From contig OX638337.1 in assembly GCA_951812855.1 (NCBI GenBank), positions 1,530,001 through 1,562,000 on the forward strand: 32,000 nucleotides of DNA. The letters are read 5' to 3'. Origin of the DNA: an uncultured Lentisphaeria bacterium. GTDB lineage: Bacteria > Verrucomicrobiota > Lentisphaeria > JABSQK01 > JAJFLO01. Shown here in pieces: positions 10,280-19,980 of this stretch (position 1 is its first letter; the number at the start of each line of letters is the position of its first letter). The position numbers were made by a program, and so were the translations under genes. The notes beneath the pieces were generated by a model. That model was not told where the DNA came from, did no database searches, and saw only the letters and a program-made list of their open reading frames with translations.

Positions 10280-11563
10280 ATGATTCATGAAATCCAACTG
10301 CCCCATCTCGGTGAAAATATCGAAACCGGTAAAGTTGTTAAAATCCTGGTAAAACCCGGCCAAAAAATTTCCGACAGTGAAAACACAGTAGAATTAGAAA
10401 CAGACAAAGCTTCTATCGAAATCCCTGCTGAAAAAAGCGGGACTGTAAAAAAGATTTTTATTAAGGAAGGCGATACCGTAAAAATCGGTCAAGTTATTTT
10501 ATCTGTTGATGATGACCGCAAAACTACTGACGAGCCTGAACCCGATCAAATTGCAGAAACCTCTGATCCTGATGTTGAAATTAAATCCGTAAAAAGTGAA
10601 AAAGTCAAAATTGATCAAATTGATGCGAAGAGTAAAGAACCGGATACCAGTACCTTTGTAAAAAATAATAAGCTTGTACCCGCAGCACCATCTATTCGTC
10701 GATTTGCAAGAGAAATTGGCATTGATATCAATCGTGTTGCCGGCACAGGACCTGCAGGCCGAATTTCCATCGATGATGTAAAGACACATGCAAAATCATT
10801 AAATTCTTCACCCCGGGGATTGAAAACAGAGTCCGGAAGTTTACCTGATTTCAAAAAATGGGGTGATATCGAAGTTCAGGCCATGAACAATGTAAGATTA
10901 AAAACGACTGAACATCTTACCTATGCCTGGTCATCTATTCCTCATGTAACACAGTTTGACAGTGCAGATATAACTGACCTGGAATCACAGCGAAAACAGT
11001 TTGCAAAAATTGCAACTGACGCAGGAGGGAAATTGACGATCACTGCAATATTGTTGAAAGTTGTTTCTTCAGCATTGCGTAAGTTTCCTCAATTTAATAC
11101 GAGTATAGATCTCTGCAACAACTCCATTATACTCAAAAAATACTGTAATATAGGAATCGCAGTAGATACAGACCGGGGTTTATTAGTTCCTGTAATTAGA
11201 AATACAGATCAAAAAAACATTATTCAACTGAGTGTTGAACTCGGTGAAATTGCAAAAAAGGCTGGAAATAGAAAATTAAAATTAGAAGATATGCAGGGAG
11301 GGAATTTCACAATTTCAAATCTGGGCGGTATCGGCGGTTCTAATTTTACTCCTATAATTAATTGGCCGGAAGTTGCTATATTGGGAATTTCAAAAGCTGA
11401 AATAAAAGCTGTTTACATTAACGAAAAGTTTAGCCCGAGGCTGACAGTGCCACTGTCATTATCATATGATCATCGTGTTATTGACGGGGCTGACGGGGCA
11501 CGTTTTTTAACCTGGATAAAAAATGCATTGGAAAATCCATTCTTAATACCCCTGGAAGGTTAA
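10280..11563 (+). CDS. aceF: Dihydrolipoamide acetyltransferase (E2) of a 2-oxoacid (pyruvate) dehydrogenase complex
   Basis: 427 aa. Single lipoyl domain (ELETDKASIEIPA), E3-binding domain (PSIRRFAREIGIDINRVAGTGPAGRI) and catalytic domain with SLSYDHRVIDGA. Confidence 0.92.
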   Translation: MIHEIQLPHLGENIETGKVVKILVKPGQKISDSENTVELETDKASIEIPAEKSGTVKKIFIKEGDTVKIGQVILSVDDDRKTTDEPEPDQIAETSDPDVEIKSVKSEKVKIDQIDAKSKEPDTSTFVKNNKLVPAAPSIRRFAREIGIDINRVAGTGPAGRISIDDVKTHAKSLNSSPRGLKTESGSLPDFKKWGDIEVQAMNNVRLKTTEHLTYAWSSIPHVTQFDSADITDLESQRKQFAKIATDAGGKLTITAILLKVVSSALRKFPQFNTSIDLCNNSIILKKYCNIGIAVDTDRGLLVPVIRNTDQKNIIQLSVELGEIAKKAGNRKLKLEDMQGGNFTISNLGGIGGSNFTPIINWPEVAILGISKAEIKAVYINEKFSPRLTVPLSLSYDHRVIDGADGARFLTWIKNALENPFLIPLEG

Positions 11564-11643
11564 GGCTTGAAACATAAGTAAAATAACGCATTAATTCATT
11601 TTAAATCCGGAAAATCAATGCATTCTTCACCGGCCGGCCTTAG

Positions 11644-11722
<79 letters not shown>

Positions 11723-11895
11723 TAAATCCAATTCATTGTAATATTTTTTATAAAATTTATAATAGGCAAAGAAAATTCATCTGTGATGACTGACAGACAA
11801 AAACTTAAATACTTTAGAACTGATTATTTCAGTTACAAATTATAGCGATTTCTACTATAGACAGGTAATCTAATTTTAAGAAAGGTAATCCATTA

Positions 11896-13263
11896 ATGAA
11901 GAATATTTTATGTATAGGCGCAGGCTATGTTGGTGGGCCGACGATGGCAATGATTGCGAAAAAATGCCCGGACTACACCATAACCGTTGTCGATATAAAC
12001 GAGGACAGAATACAAAAATGGCAGTCTGATTCACTCCCGATTTATGAACCGGGATTAAAACCCATTGTCGATGACACATTAAACAAAAACCTGTTCTTTT
12101 CCACTGATGTTGCAGGAAATATAACTAAAGCAGACATCATTTTTGTAAGCGTTAATACCCCGACTAAAACATTTGGAAAAGGTGCTGGTAAAGCTGCAGA
12201 CCTGCAATATTGGGAAAAAACTGCTCGGCAAATTTTATTACATTCTAAAACGAATAAGATTGTGGTTGAGAAAAGCACATTACCTGTGCGAACTGCAGAA
12301 GCAATGGAAAGAATTCTTAATTCACATGACAACGGAATTCATTTTGAGGTATTATCAAACCCGGAATTTCTTGCAGAAGGCACAGCAATTCGAGATTTAA
12401 CAGATCCGGATCGAGTTTTAATTGGAGGACACAGCACAGAATCAGGACAGAAGGCTGTTAACGAGTTGGTGAAAATTTATGCACACTGGGTTCAACCTGA
12501 AAAAATATTGACTACAAATCTCTGGTCCAGTGAACTGTCAAAGCTGGTTGCTAATGCATTTTTATCTCAAAGAATTAGCTCAATTAATACAATTTCAGCA
12601 TTATGTGAAGCAACGGAAGCCGATGTAGAGGAAGTATCAAAGGCTATAGGTACCGATTCGCGAATCGGCAGCAAATTCCTAAATGCCAGTGTTGGGTTTG
12701 GCGGATCGTGTTTTCAAAAAGATATCTTAAACATGGTCTATCTTTGTGAGTATTACGGTTTAAACGAAGTTGCAACTTACTGGGAGCAGGTTGTTTCAAT
12801 CAATAATTATCAAAAACAACGTTTTGTCACACGAATGATTAAAAGTATGTTTAACACTGTAGTAGATAAAAAAATTGCTGTTTTAGGATTCGCATTTAAA
12901 GCTGATACAGGTGATACACGAGAAAGTCCTGCCATTGATATTTGCAAGCAATTATTGGAAGAACGTGCAAGTCTGATTATCAGTGATCCAAAAGCAATTA
13001 GAAATGCCAAAATCGATCTTGAACTATATCTCGATCAGATTGAATTCGAACCGGATCCATATGCAGCAGCGGCAGATGCCCATGCACTTGCTGTATTGAC
13101 TGAATGGGAAGAATATAAGTCGTTGGATTATGACAGAATATTTGATGTCATGATCAAACCTGCCTTTATTTTTGATGGACGAAATATATTGGATCATCAA
13201 AGACTTTTTGATATTGGGTTTAATGTATATGCAATTGGCAAGCCCGAATTATCACACCTATAG
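11896..13263 (+). CDS. ugd: UDP-glucose 6-dehydrogenase
   Basis: 455 aa. N-terminal Rossmann motif [22 protein letters not shown] and the catalytic [10 protein letters not shown] motif. Confidence 0.92.
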   Translation: MKNILCIGAGYVGGPTMAMIAKKCPDYTITVVDINEDRIQKWQSDSLPIYEPGLKPIVDDTLNKNLFFSTDVAGNITKADIIFVSVNTPTKTFGKGAGKAADLQYWEKTARQILLHSKTNKIVVEKSTLPVRTAEAMERILNSHDNGIHFEVLSNPEFLAEGTAIRDLTDPDRVLIGGHSTESGQKAVNELVKIYAHWVQPEKILTTNLWSSELSKLVANAFLSQRISSINTISALCEATEADVEEVSKAIGTDSRIGSKFLNASVGFGGSCFQKDILNMVYLCEYYGLNEVATYWEQVVSINNYQKQRFVTRMIKSMFNTVVDKKIAVLGFAFKADTGDTRESPAIDICKQLLEERASLIISDPKAIRNAKIDLELYLDQIEFEPDPYAAAADAHALAVLTEWEEYKSLDYDRIFDVMIKPAFIFDGRNILDHQRLFDIGFNVYAIGKPELSHL

Positions 13264-13311
13264 GAATTTCGGGTAGAATTTAAGAATTAAATCAATATTA
13301 AATTTTATATA

Positions 13312-13730
13312 ATGAAACCGGGAGTTTTAATAATTGACGATGATGTCAGCATTTTAACGGTGTTGAAATGCACTGCTTGACCGAGATGGTTTTGAAGTAA
13401 CGACCCTCGAAACCAGTAACAGGGATTAAATATTTTTCGAAACGAAGAATTTGACATGACCCTTTGCGATATCGTCATGAAATTAGTTGATGGAATCACT
13501 CTCCTGCAGCAGGGCCGGCAAATCGACTCGGATGATGTACCGATTATAATGATGACCGGTTTTCCAAAGATTGAAACAGCCAGTAAAGCAATGAAGCTCG
13601 GTACGTTTGATTATATTTGCAACCCCTTCAAAATGGATGAATTGCAATCAATGGCGATAAGGAAAAAGCAGCAAAAATGTTAGGTATTAGTTTAAGAGTT
13701 TTTGAGAAAAAATATGGAGATGAAAATTAA
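13312..13730 (+). pseudogene. Decayed response regulator: receiver domain with two frameshifts, fused to the tail of a Fis-type HTH (central domain missing)
   Basis: Frame a: MKPGVLIIDDDVSILTVLKCTA*. Frame b: LDRDGFEVTTLETSNRD*. Frame a again: GLNIFRNEEFDMTLCDIVMKLVDGITLLQQ...PIIMMTGFPKIETASKAMKLGTFDYICNPFKMDEL. A further shifted frame then gives EKAAKMLGISLRVFEKKYGDEN*, the classic end of NtrC/Fis HTH_8. Confidence 0.75.
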
Positions 13731-15819
13731 TATGCCTGAACAGACAGATGAATTAACCTTAATGGAAGAAACGTTACTGAAAATTACAGAAAACGATCAA
13801 GAAGCGATTAAAACGTTTTATGATTTATTAGACAGGTATAAAAATCAAGGTATTCCCGGCAGCCTAAAAACGGCTCTTTCGGAAAATATAAACTTAATAC
13901 TCGATGATATCGATTTTGTCGTATCGAATAATCCAATTCAAAAATTATTAATTGACCTGGCCGAGCTGGGAGTCGACACGTCGCAATTGCGTGATTGCCT
14001 GGCTGTTATCTTTCGAAATAAACAAGCCTCCTGCCCCGACCCCGCCGGCTTAATTCGATCACTTGGGGTATTCGATCAATCAATCAGTATTATTGAAGTA
14101 ATAAAAAGATGGAAAACATTTTCAATAATGAAAGAAAAATGCGTCATTTGGCACAACTCTTATGGAATAGGCCAAATTGAGGAAATAGATGTTCTGAGCG
14201 ACCTTGTGTATATCCAATTTCAAAGCAGGCAGTATCTTAGTTTAGCACAGGCAATGAATACATTATCAGTGGCGGTTGATGAATCGTTCATCAAACCAAT
14301 ACTTGAAAACACTGAAAATAATATCCGGGTACAGGAAGATTTTAAAGAGTTTGAAATTAATCTGACAAAGAGTTTTATTCCAAATTTGGCAAATCCCGGT
14401 TTGGTTATGGATACTTTGTTGTCATCCAAACGGATAAACAATTTAAATTTTAACGAATGGAAGCAAGGAAATTCGAATAACAAAAAACAAATTTCGAGAT
14501 CAAACAAACCAAGAGAATGGCGTCAGGCCCGAAGTCTGGAAGAATTGAAATTGTGTCTTCAGGGCTTAACTACAATTAAAGTAGGAAATGACGAGGCAAG
14601 TCATTTATTAAAACTTCATAAAATTGAGGCGGTTAAACCAAATTCGCTCGTTGCCTTCCGCGATACCCTTTCAACGTTGTGGGCATTATGCGGAAAACAA
14701 AACTGGCTTATAGACCTCATTGGTGAATTGCCAAACAATACCCTTATCTGGACTGATACTGACACATTCGTATCACTAACATGTAAACTTCCCACGAGAT
14801 TAGTCGCAAACTGGCTTACCGTTTCGTATTATGGAAATTCCAAAAAATGGTTACTCGAACAAATAACTCTGCTGCCTTTAAAATTTTGGCTTGCAGCTGA
14901 AAAAATATTGGCAAATCTTGAGATACCAAATCAGGAATTGCTGGACATCGCACATGTAAGACTTAAAGAGAAAACAGCCTCTGCTGATGTCGTTTTATGG
15001 CTTTGGAAACAAAAAAATCCAAAAATTAATGAGACCCTTGCAAATCATATTATTGTTTTCAAGATATTAGGCAAAAAAAGTAAGGGGGAATATGCAAAAG
15101 CTCAAAAAAAGTTATTTAAACTACTAATGAACGATCAAACCTTCCAGACTGTATTAATGGATAATGGAACCGAAAAAGGTATTAGCACATTTGTAAAAAC
15201 GATAAAAAATGTTCCCCTCCTAAACAAAGGAGAACAACAGAGCCTATTAGTAAAAATCTTGCGGATTTTCCCTGACGCACAATTATTAGTAGAAAATAAG
15301 AAAAAGGTTCTACCTAAAAAAGCGATAGAAAAAGTAACGTCTATAAGAAGTATCATTATCAAAGAGAATGAATTAGAAAATATTATAAACGAGAAAATTC
15401 CCCAAAACAGTGCCGCCATCGCCCATGCCAGAAGTTATGGCGATCTCCGTGAAAACGCTGAATATAAAGCCGCCAAAGAAGAGCAGCGATTACTGATGGT
15501 TAGACGGGGAGAACTTGAAAAAGGTCTCAAAGAAATTAAAGGAACGGATTACAGTGAAGTTGTTAAATTCGAATCTGTGATACCCGGATGCTCTGTTAAA
15601 ATAGAACTTGACAGCGGAAAAATGGAATCCTATCATATCCTCGGATTATGGGATAGTGTACCGGAAAAAAACATTCTTTCTTATGACACACCGATGGGCC
15701 GATTACTGTTAGGAAAAATTAAACAAGACCAAATTACGACACCACAGGGAAAATCTGCTGCAATCAAAGATATAACAAAACTCCCGGCGGAAATATTAGC
15801 CTGGGCAAAATCTGACTGA
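13714..15819 (+). CDS. greA: GreA-family transcript-cleavage factor with a ~550-aa N-terminal extension
   Basis: The last ~150 aa (AAIAHARSYGDLRENAEYKAAKEEQRLLMVRRGELEKGL...VIPGCSVKIEL...YHILG...ILSYDTPMGRLLLGK) are a canonical GreA coiled-coil tip plus C-terminal domain. The N-terminal extension has no motif I recognise. The start is uncertain: TTG 13702, ATG 13714 or ATG 13732. Confidence 0.8.
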   Translation: MEMKINMPEQTDELTLMEETLLKITENDQEAIKTFYDLLDRYKNQGIPGSLKTALSENINLILDDIDFVVSNNPIQKLLIDLAELGVDTSQLRDCLAVIFRNKQASCPDPAGLIRSLGVFDQSISIIEVIKRWKTFSIMKEKCVIWHNSYGIGQIEEIDVLSDLVYIQFQSRQYLSLAQAMNTLSVAVDESFIKPILENTENNIRVQEDFKEFEINLTKSFIPNLANPGLVMDTLLSSKRINNLNFNEWKQGNSNNKKQISRSNKPREWRQARSLEELKLCLQGLTTIKVGNDEASHLLKLHKIEAVKPNSLVAFRDTLSTLWALCGKQNWLIDLIGELPNNTLIWTDTDTFVSLTCKLPTRLVANWLTVSYYGNSKKWLLEQITLLPLKFWLAAEKILANLEIPNQELLDIAHVRLKEKTASADVVLWLWKQKNPKINETLANHIIVFKILGKKSKGEYAKAQKKLFKLLMNDQTFQTVLMDNGTEKGISTFVKTIKNVPLLNKGEQQSLLVKILRIFPDAQLLVENKKKVLPKKAIEKVTSIRSIIIKENELENIINEKIPQNSAAIAHARSYGDLRENAEYKAAKEEQRLLMVRRGELEKGLKEIKGTDYSEVVKFESVIPGCSVKIELDSGKMESYHILGLWDSVPEKNILSYDTPMGRLLLGKIKQDQITTPQGKSAAIKDITKLPAEILAWAKSD

Positions 15820-15876
15820 CCAGAAATACAATTCATTTAATTCTACAACAATTTTTTATAACCACTCATCAACTTT

Positions 15877-16686
15877 ATGACCAAATCAAAATGTCAATCC
15901 GATGCTATATGGCAGTCCATTCGATCTGAGACCAAAAAAGATGTAGAAAATGAACCGCTCCTGGCCAGTTTCTTCCATGCAACTGTACTTAATCACAATA
16001 CACTTGAAAATGCGTTGACCTTTATTCTTGCAAATAAACTTGCCAGTCCCGTCCTTCAATCAATTTCATTAACGGAGTTAATTTGTTCTGCGTTTGAAAA
16101 CGATCCTCAAATAGGAATGAGTATTCGTGCTGATTTATCTGCAATTAAAGAACGCGATCCTGCATGCAATGGTTACACAAGTCCTCTTTTGTATTTTAAA
16201 GGATTCCATGCACTACAGTCCTATCGTATCGCTCACTCGTTGTGGTCCCATAAAAGAAGATCTTTGGCACTGGCAATCCAAAGCCGTGTATCTGAAGTTT
16301 TTTCTGTTGATATACATCCCGCAGCAAAAATCGGCAACGGGATTCTGGTAGACCATGCCACCGGTTTAGTCATTGGAGAAACTGCCGTTGTCGAAAACAA
16401 CGTTTCTATACTTCATCAAGTCACATTAGGAGGAACCGGAAAAGAAAATGGAGACCGGCATCCCAAAATTGGTGAAGGTGTATTAATCAGTGCAAATGCA
16501 ACGATTCTGGGTAACGTCAGAATAGGTGATGGTGCAAAAATCGGGGCGGGCAGTGTTGTGCTTTCAGATATCCCTGAACACTGTACCGCTGTAGGCGTTC
16601 CTGCAAAAGTCTGCGGACATCCGTCAGTCCCCCGCCCGGCATTGGAAATGAATCACCAGGTAACAAATAATTCTGAAGATAAATAG
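15877..16686 (+). CDS. cysE: Serine O-acetyltransferase
   Basis: 269 aa. SATase N-terminal helical domain (IKERDPACNGYTSPLLYFKGFHALQSYRIAHSLW) and hexapeptide repeats (DIHPAAKIGNGILVDHATGLVIGETAVV...GGTGKENGDRHPKIG). Confidence 0.92.
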   Translation: MTKSKCQSDAIWQSIRSETKKDVENEPLLASFFHATVLNHNTLENALTFILANKLASPVLQSISLTELICSAFENDPQIGMSIRADLSAIKERDPACNGYTSPLLYFKGFHALQSYRIAHSLWSHKRRSLALAIQSRVSEVFSVDIHPAAKIGNGILVDHATGLVIGETAVVENNVSILHQVTLGGTGKENGDRHPKIGEGVLISANATILGNVRIGDGAKIGAGSVVLSDIPEHCTAVGVPAKVCGHPSVPRPALEMNHQVTNNSEDK

Positions 16687-17089
16687 CTATTTCAAAAAAT
16701 TAAGATCTAAAGTCTTTAGGAAGAGATTTAAAAATCCTGTCACTGAGTCTGATTTCCAAAGACTGTATCAAGCATTTCGCCCCTCAATTAATTAAGATCT
16801 GCTCAAATACTATTTGGAAATCCCCGGTTAACCTCAACTTAATAATTTTTAATGATATCCAAATTAAACGTCTATTCAAAATAACGCGATTCAATATCGC
16901 AACAGCAGTTGGAATTTTCATTTTAGAGTGTCGAATGATTTAGTCTAATTTTAGTATTATTAATCACATTCTAAAAAGATATCAGCAAATTCGCCAATAT
17001 CCGATGAACTGCTCTGACCTTTCCCCTTAAAACCAGCCCGTTTTGAAATAGAGTCCTCAATACTAAATTATAGTAATAAAGGAGGACAT

Positions 17090-17478
17090 ATACTGAAACG
17101 GGTTACAGATGAGCAGATAATCGGGATATTAAAAAAAGGTAAATCAGGCGTTTCGGTTCAAAGATATACTTCGTAAACATGGAATAGCTGAGTACCTGTT
17201 ATCGATGGAAGTCGTAATTTGGAACAGGCGAATAATCGTTTGAAAACGATGGTTACCGATTTGATGCTTGAAAATCAAGTAGTAAAGGACGTCAACTCAA
17301 AAAAGTGGTGATGCCTGCATCGAAACGCAAAGTGGTCGATTTTGCATGCAGCAGGTATGATCTGTCAATTCGCCGGAGTTGTGGGCTGTTTGCACTTAAT
17401 CGAAGCAGTTATTACTGTAAATCTCATTCTGAAGATGACGGATTATTAAGAACGACATTAAAGGATTATGCTGCAATA
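17090..17478 (+). mobile_element. IS3-family transposase remnant (OrfA plus the first ~55 codons of OrfB), multiply disrupted
   Basis: Broken frames read ILKRVTDEQIIGILKKGKSGVSV / KIYFVNME*LSTCYRWKS*FG / NRLKTMVTDLMLENQVVKDVNSKKW / PASKRKVVDFACSRYDLSIRRSCGLFALNRSSYYCKSHSEDDGLLRTTLKDYAAI. These are collinear with IS3 OrfA/OrfB N-termini. There is no DDE region, and it ends abruptly at the wecB fragment. Confidence 0.75.
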
Positions 17479-17725
17479 GCACCTCCTCTATCTTTTCGAT
17501 CATCCGACCTGTGTTCTGACCATGCGTACCACCACCAATACCAAGATGATACTGAGGAGGTATAATTTTCAGCTCTTCAAAGAAAGCATCCGACATATCA
17601 CTGTCATAATGCTGCCCGGTATGCAGAATGAGATCGGTACACGCTTCACTGTTGTGCATTGCCCTCGACAGTGTTGCTGCTGTGATAAATTGGGGACGAG
17701 TACCGAGTATGGTTAACAACTTCAC
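17462..17725 (-). pseudogene. wecB: UDP-N-acetylglucosamine 2-epimerase (WecB-like), 5' fragment only (88 codons)
   Basis: MKLLTILGTRPQFITAATLSRAM...LILHTGQHYD..MSDAFFEEL.I..P.YHLGIGGGTHGQNTGRMIEKIEEVLLQHNP is the conserved N-terminus of non-hydrolysing 2-epimerases. Homology stops at 17462-17478, where the IS3 remnant abuts. Its ATG overlaps the upstream GT4 stop. Confidence 0.8.
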
Positions 17726-18939
17726 GACAATATCTTTTTATAGAGGCCCAACAATTTCCCTTCTTCCTGCATCCAATTGTAGCAATCGACAATCGCAGAC
17801 ATCCCGTTCTTACCCATTTGTGCCGACTCAACAGGATTACTCAGTACATAGCTGATCGCTTCTGCAATCGCTTGAGGAGACTGAGGATCTACGCACAGGC
17901 CACATTCAGCTCCTTCCACAATTTCCCGCCAGAACGGAAAATCTGAGGCGATAACCGGCAATCCGGCACTCATGTACTCAAACAACTTGTTCGGTTGAGC
18001 CTCCATGTAATTGGGCACCGGGTAATAGGTGACAATGCCTGCCCTCGAACGTCCAAGCACGTCTGCTATATCATTACGCTTAAGGAATCCAAGTTCATTT
18101 ACCTTACTCCAGCCTGCAGACAACCTGATGCGTGCTTCGAGTTCTTCTTCATTGAATCTGCCAACAAGATTCAACCGTGTGTTATCAAGCAGAGCCATTG
18201 CTTCAACAAGTTCCTTGATTCCCCTGACAGTGACCATACCACCGACATAACTCACTTCGTCCTTTCGTTCGGACCAGGGAACCGGCCGTTGCAATTCTTC
18301 TGGTATTGGGAAATTGTTAACAGTGACCACTGAGGCACCGATACGAGCGAACTTGTCCGTGATTGATGGTGTGGCCCCGATGACACTTGTGAATAGCGGT
18401 GCACAAACTCTCTCCATCACCCTGATAATCGCAGCCACAATGTGTCGGGCCAGAGGGGTAAAGTAAGGTTTGCTCATCACCTGTTTGGGCAGATCTTCAT
18501 GAGCATCGAAGATAACCTTTCGGCCTGTCATTCTGAGCAATAGTCCAAATGGTATCAGTTCAGGGTCGTGCAGGTGGTAAATGTCCGCATCCAACGACCG
18601 GGCTCTAGTATACACCCCCGCTGCTGTTGTTGTCATTCGTTTAAGCCGACTTGTGGATTTTTCTCCTGTATCTACAATCTGCACATTCGCTACGCATTCA
18701 TCACCTGCACCATCTGCGACCACCAGATATACCTCACTGTCAGACGCTGCAATCGACATGCACATTTTTAGAAAGATCCTTGTGTCTTTTCGGTAGTGTA
18801 CCGATGTCAGATGCACGATCCTGGCTGTAGTTTCGGACATTCTTGCCGGGATCCTCTGTAAGCCGTTCCAGTTCCTCGACACTGATCCTTTGACGAGGTC
18901 TCTTAATCGATGATATAATGTCATTTCGAATTCTTTCAA
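17722..18939 (-). CDS. GT4-family glycosyltransferase (polysaccharide biosynthesis)
   Basis: 405 aa. N-terminal IVHLTSVHYRKDTRIF and C-terminal GT-B signature (EAQPNKLFEYMSAGLPVIASD). The start is probably ATG 18840 (MSETTARIVHLTS). G+C is visibly higher than its neighbours: one sampled line, 17881-17940, has 32/60 G+C. Confidence 0.8.
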   Translation of the reverse strand: MKEFEMTLYHRLRDLVKGSVSRNWNGLQRIPARMSETTARIVHLTSVHYRKDTRIFLKMCMSIAASDSEVYLVVADGAGDECVANVQIVDTGEKSTSRLKRMTTTAAGVYTRARSLDADIYHLHDPELIPFGLLLRMTGRKVIFDAHEDLPKQVMSKPYFTPLARHIVAAIIRVMERVCAPLFTSVIGATPSITDKFARIGASVVTVNNFPIPEELQRPVPWSERKDEVSYVGGMVTVRGIKELVEAMALLDNTRLNLVGRFNEEELEARIRLSAGWSKVNELGFLKRNDIADVLGRSRAGIVTYYPVPNYMEAQPNKLFEYMSAGLPVIASDFPFWREIVEGAECGLCVDPQSPQAIAEAISYVLSNPVESAQMGKNGMSAIVDCYNWMQEEGKLLGLYKKILS

Positions 18940-19026
18940 TTAAAAAATTAAGTTTTGGAGGGTATAGCACATTTTTATAGGTTCAAAACAACTTAATTAG
19001 TGATTTTCTAATAATTTTTAATAGCC

Positions 19027-19400
19027 TTAGACAGATTTTTGGTCACGATAATTGAATCTGAATTCACACTCTTTCAAATGTAAATAAAATGTGTTTTTAT
19101 GAATGCCTCTAAATTTAGACAATCTGGATTTGGCAACACCCAAAAAATTTTCAATCCCATTTATATGGTTGTTACCTTTAGCAAATTCATTGTTCATATG
19201 TTTAACCCGACAGTGCTTTTTATAACGGAAATTCACAAGACCATAAGTTGTATTAAACCTTAAATTATTAGATGAACGCTACCGGCATATTTGTAGTCAT
19301 GGGATTAAAAAACTTGCCTCGGGTATAATTGTCATGGTAATTTGTGCCTTTTTGATAATGTCGCCGGACCATTTCTTCGGCTATTATAATCGACGTGCAG
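19027..19400 (-). mobile_element. IS1595-family (ISXO2-like DDE) transposase remnant, C-terminal part, frameshifted
   Basis: GLVNFRYKKHCRVKHMNNEFAKGNNHINGIENFLGVAKSRLSKFRGIHKNTFYLHLKECEFRFNYRDQ is the conserved IS1595 C-terminus. Upstream, in another frame, STDATCTSIIIAEEMVRRHYQKGTNYHDNYTRG resembles the preceding DDE segment. No N-terminal zinc ribbon is present. Confidence 0.7.
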
Positions 19401-19576
19401 GTGGCGTCAGTGGAATTTACAAACCATAGCTTAACTTATCATGCGGTTGAATTATCACTCAGTCCGATAATTCTGTCCCGGATCACCTCGTTGTCATTCT
19501 TCATGCGAAAGTCAGCAGGATAACGGTTTATTTCAGGACGTTTACCGGCAATCTCTTATGGGTAGAATCTCTTTGG

Positions 19577-19920
19577 CTATATTAATGCTATATTTCTGGC
19601 ATCATCAATTCTCGGGTGATGTGTAGAGGAAAATTCTAAGTCCAGGTATTCTAATGCTTGTACAACTGATTTTGGTGCAACGCCTTTTAATTCAGTATAT
19701 GATTTTTGAGATTTATATGGTTGAAGAATGAGGTTGAATTCAGTAAATCAAATCGTTTACATTCAGACTTAATTTGTGTTACATCATAGATTTCCCGGGA
19801 ACAAAGGATAAATTCTTCGGTACCTGTCCATTCTAAAAAGCGGTTAAATTCAACATCAAAAAAGCCTGTTTTATCAATATCTTCCTGGCTGATTGTAGTA
19901 AGTTCCTGACACTATTTAAA
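19577..19920 (-). pseudogene. ERI-1/KapD-like DEDDh 3'-5' exonuclease, N-terminally truncated with one frameshift
   Basis: The minus strand reads CQELTTISQEDIDKTGFFDVEFNRFLEWTGTEEFILCSREIYDVTQIKSECKRFDLL...FFNHINLKNHI, then shifts frame to ELKGVAPKSVVQALEYLDLEFSSTHHPRIDDARNIALI*. The Exo I (DxE) segment is absent. Confidence 0.55.
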
Positions 19921-19980
19921 TAGTGTTGGGTTTATTGTTGATTTGATAAAACACGAAAACTCTTTCTCAATTCTATTTTT

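Noticed and set aside
13305-13683. Track ORFs 13305..13499(-) and 13456..13683(+) as independent genes.
   Set aside because: The plus ORF is simply the last in-frame piece of the frameshifted receiver domain. The minus ORF is its antisense shadow. Both are explained by the response-regulator pseudogene.
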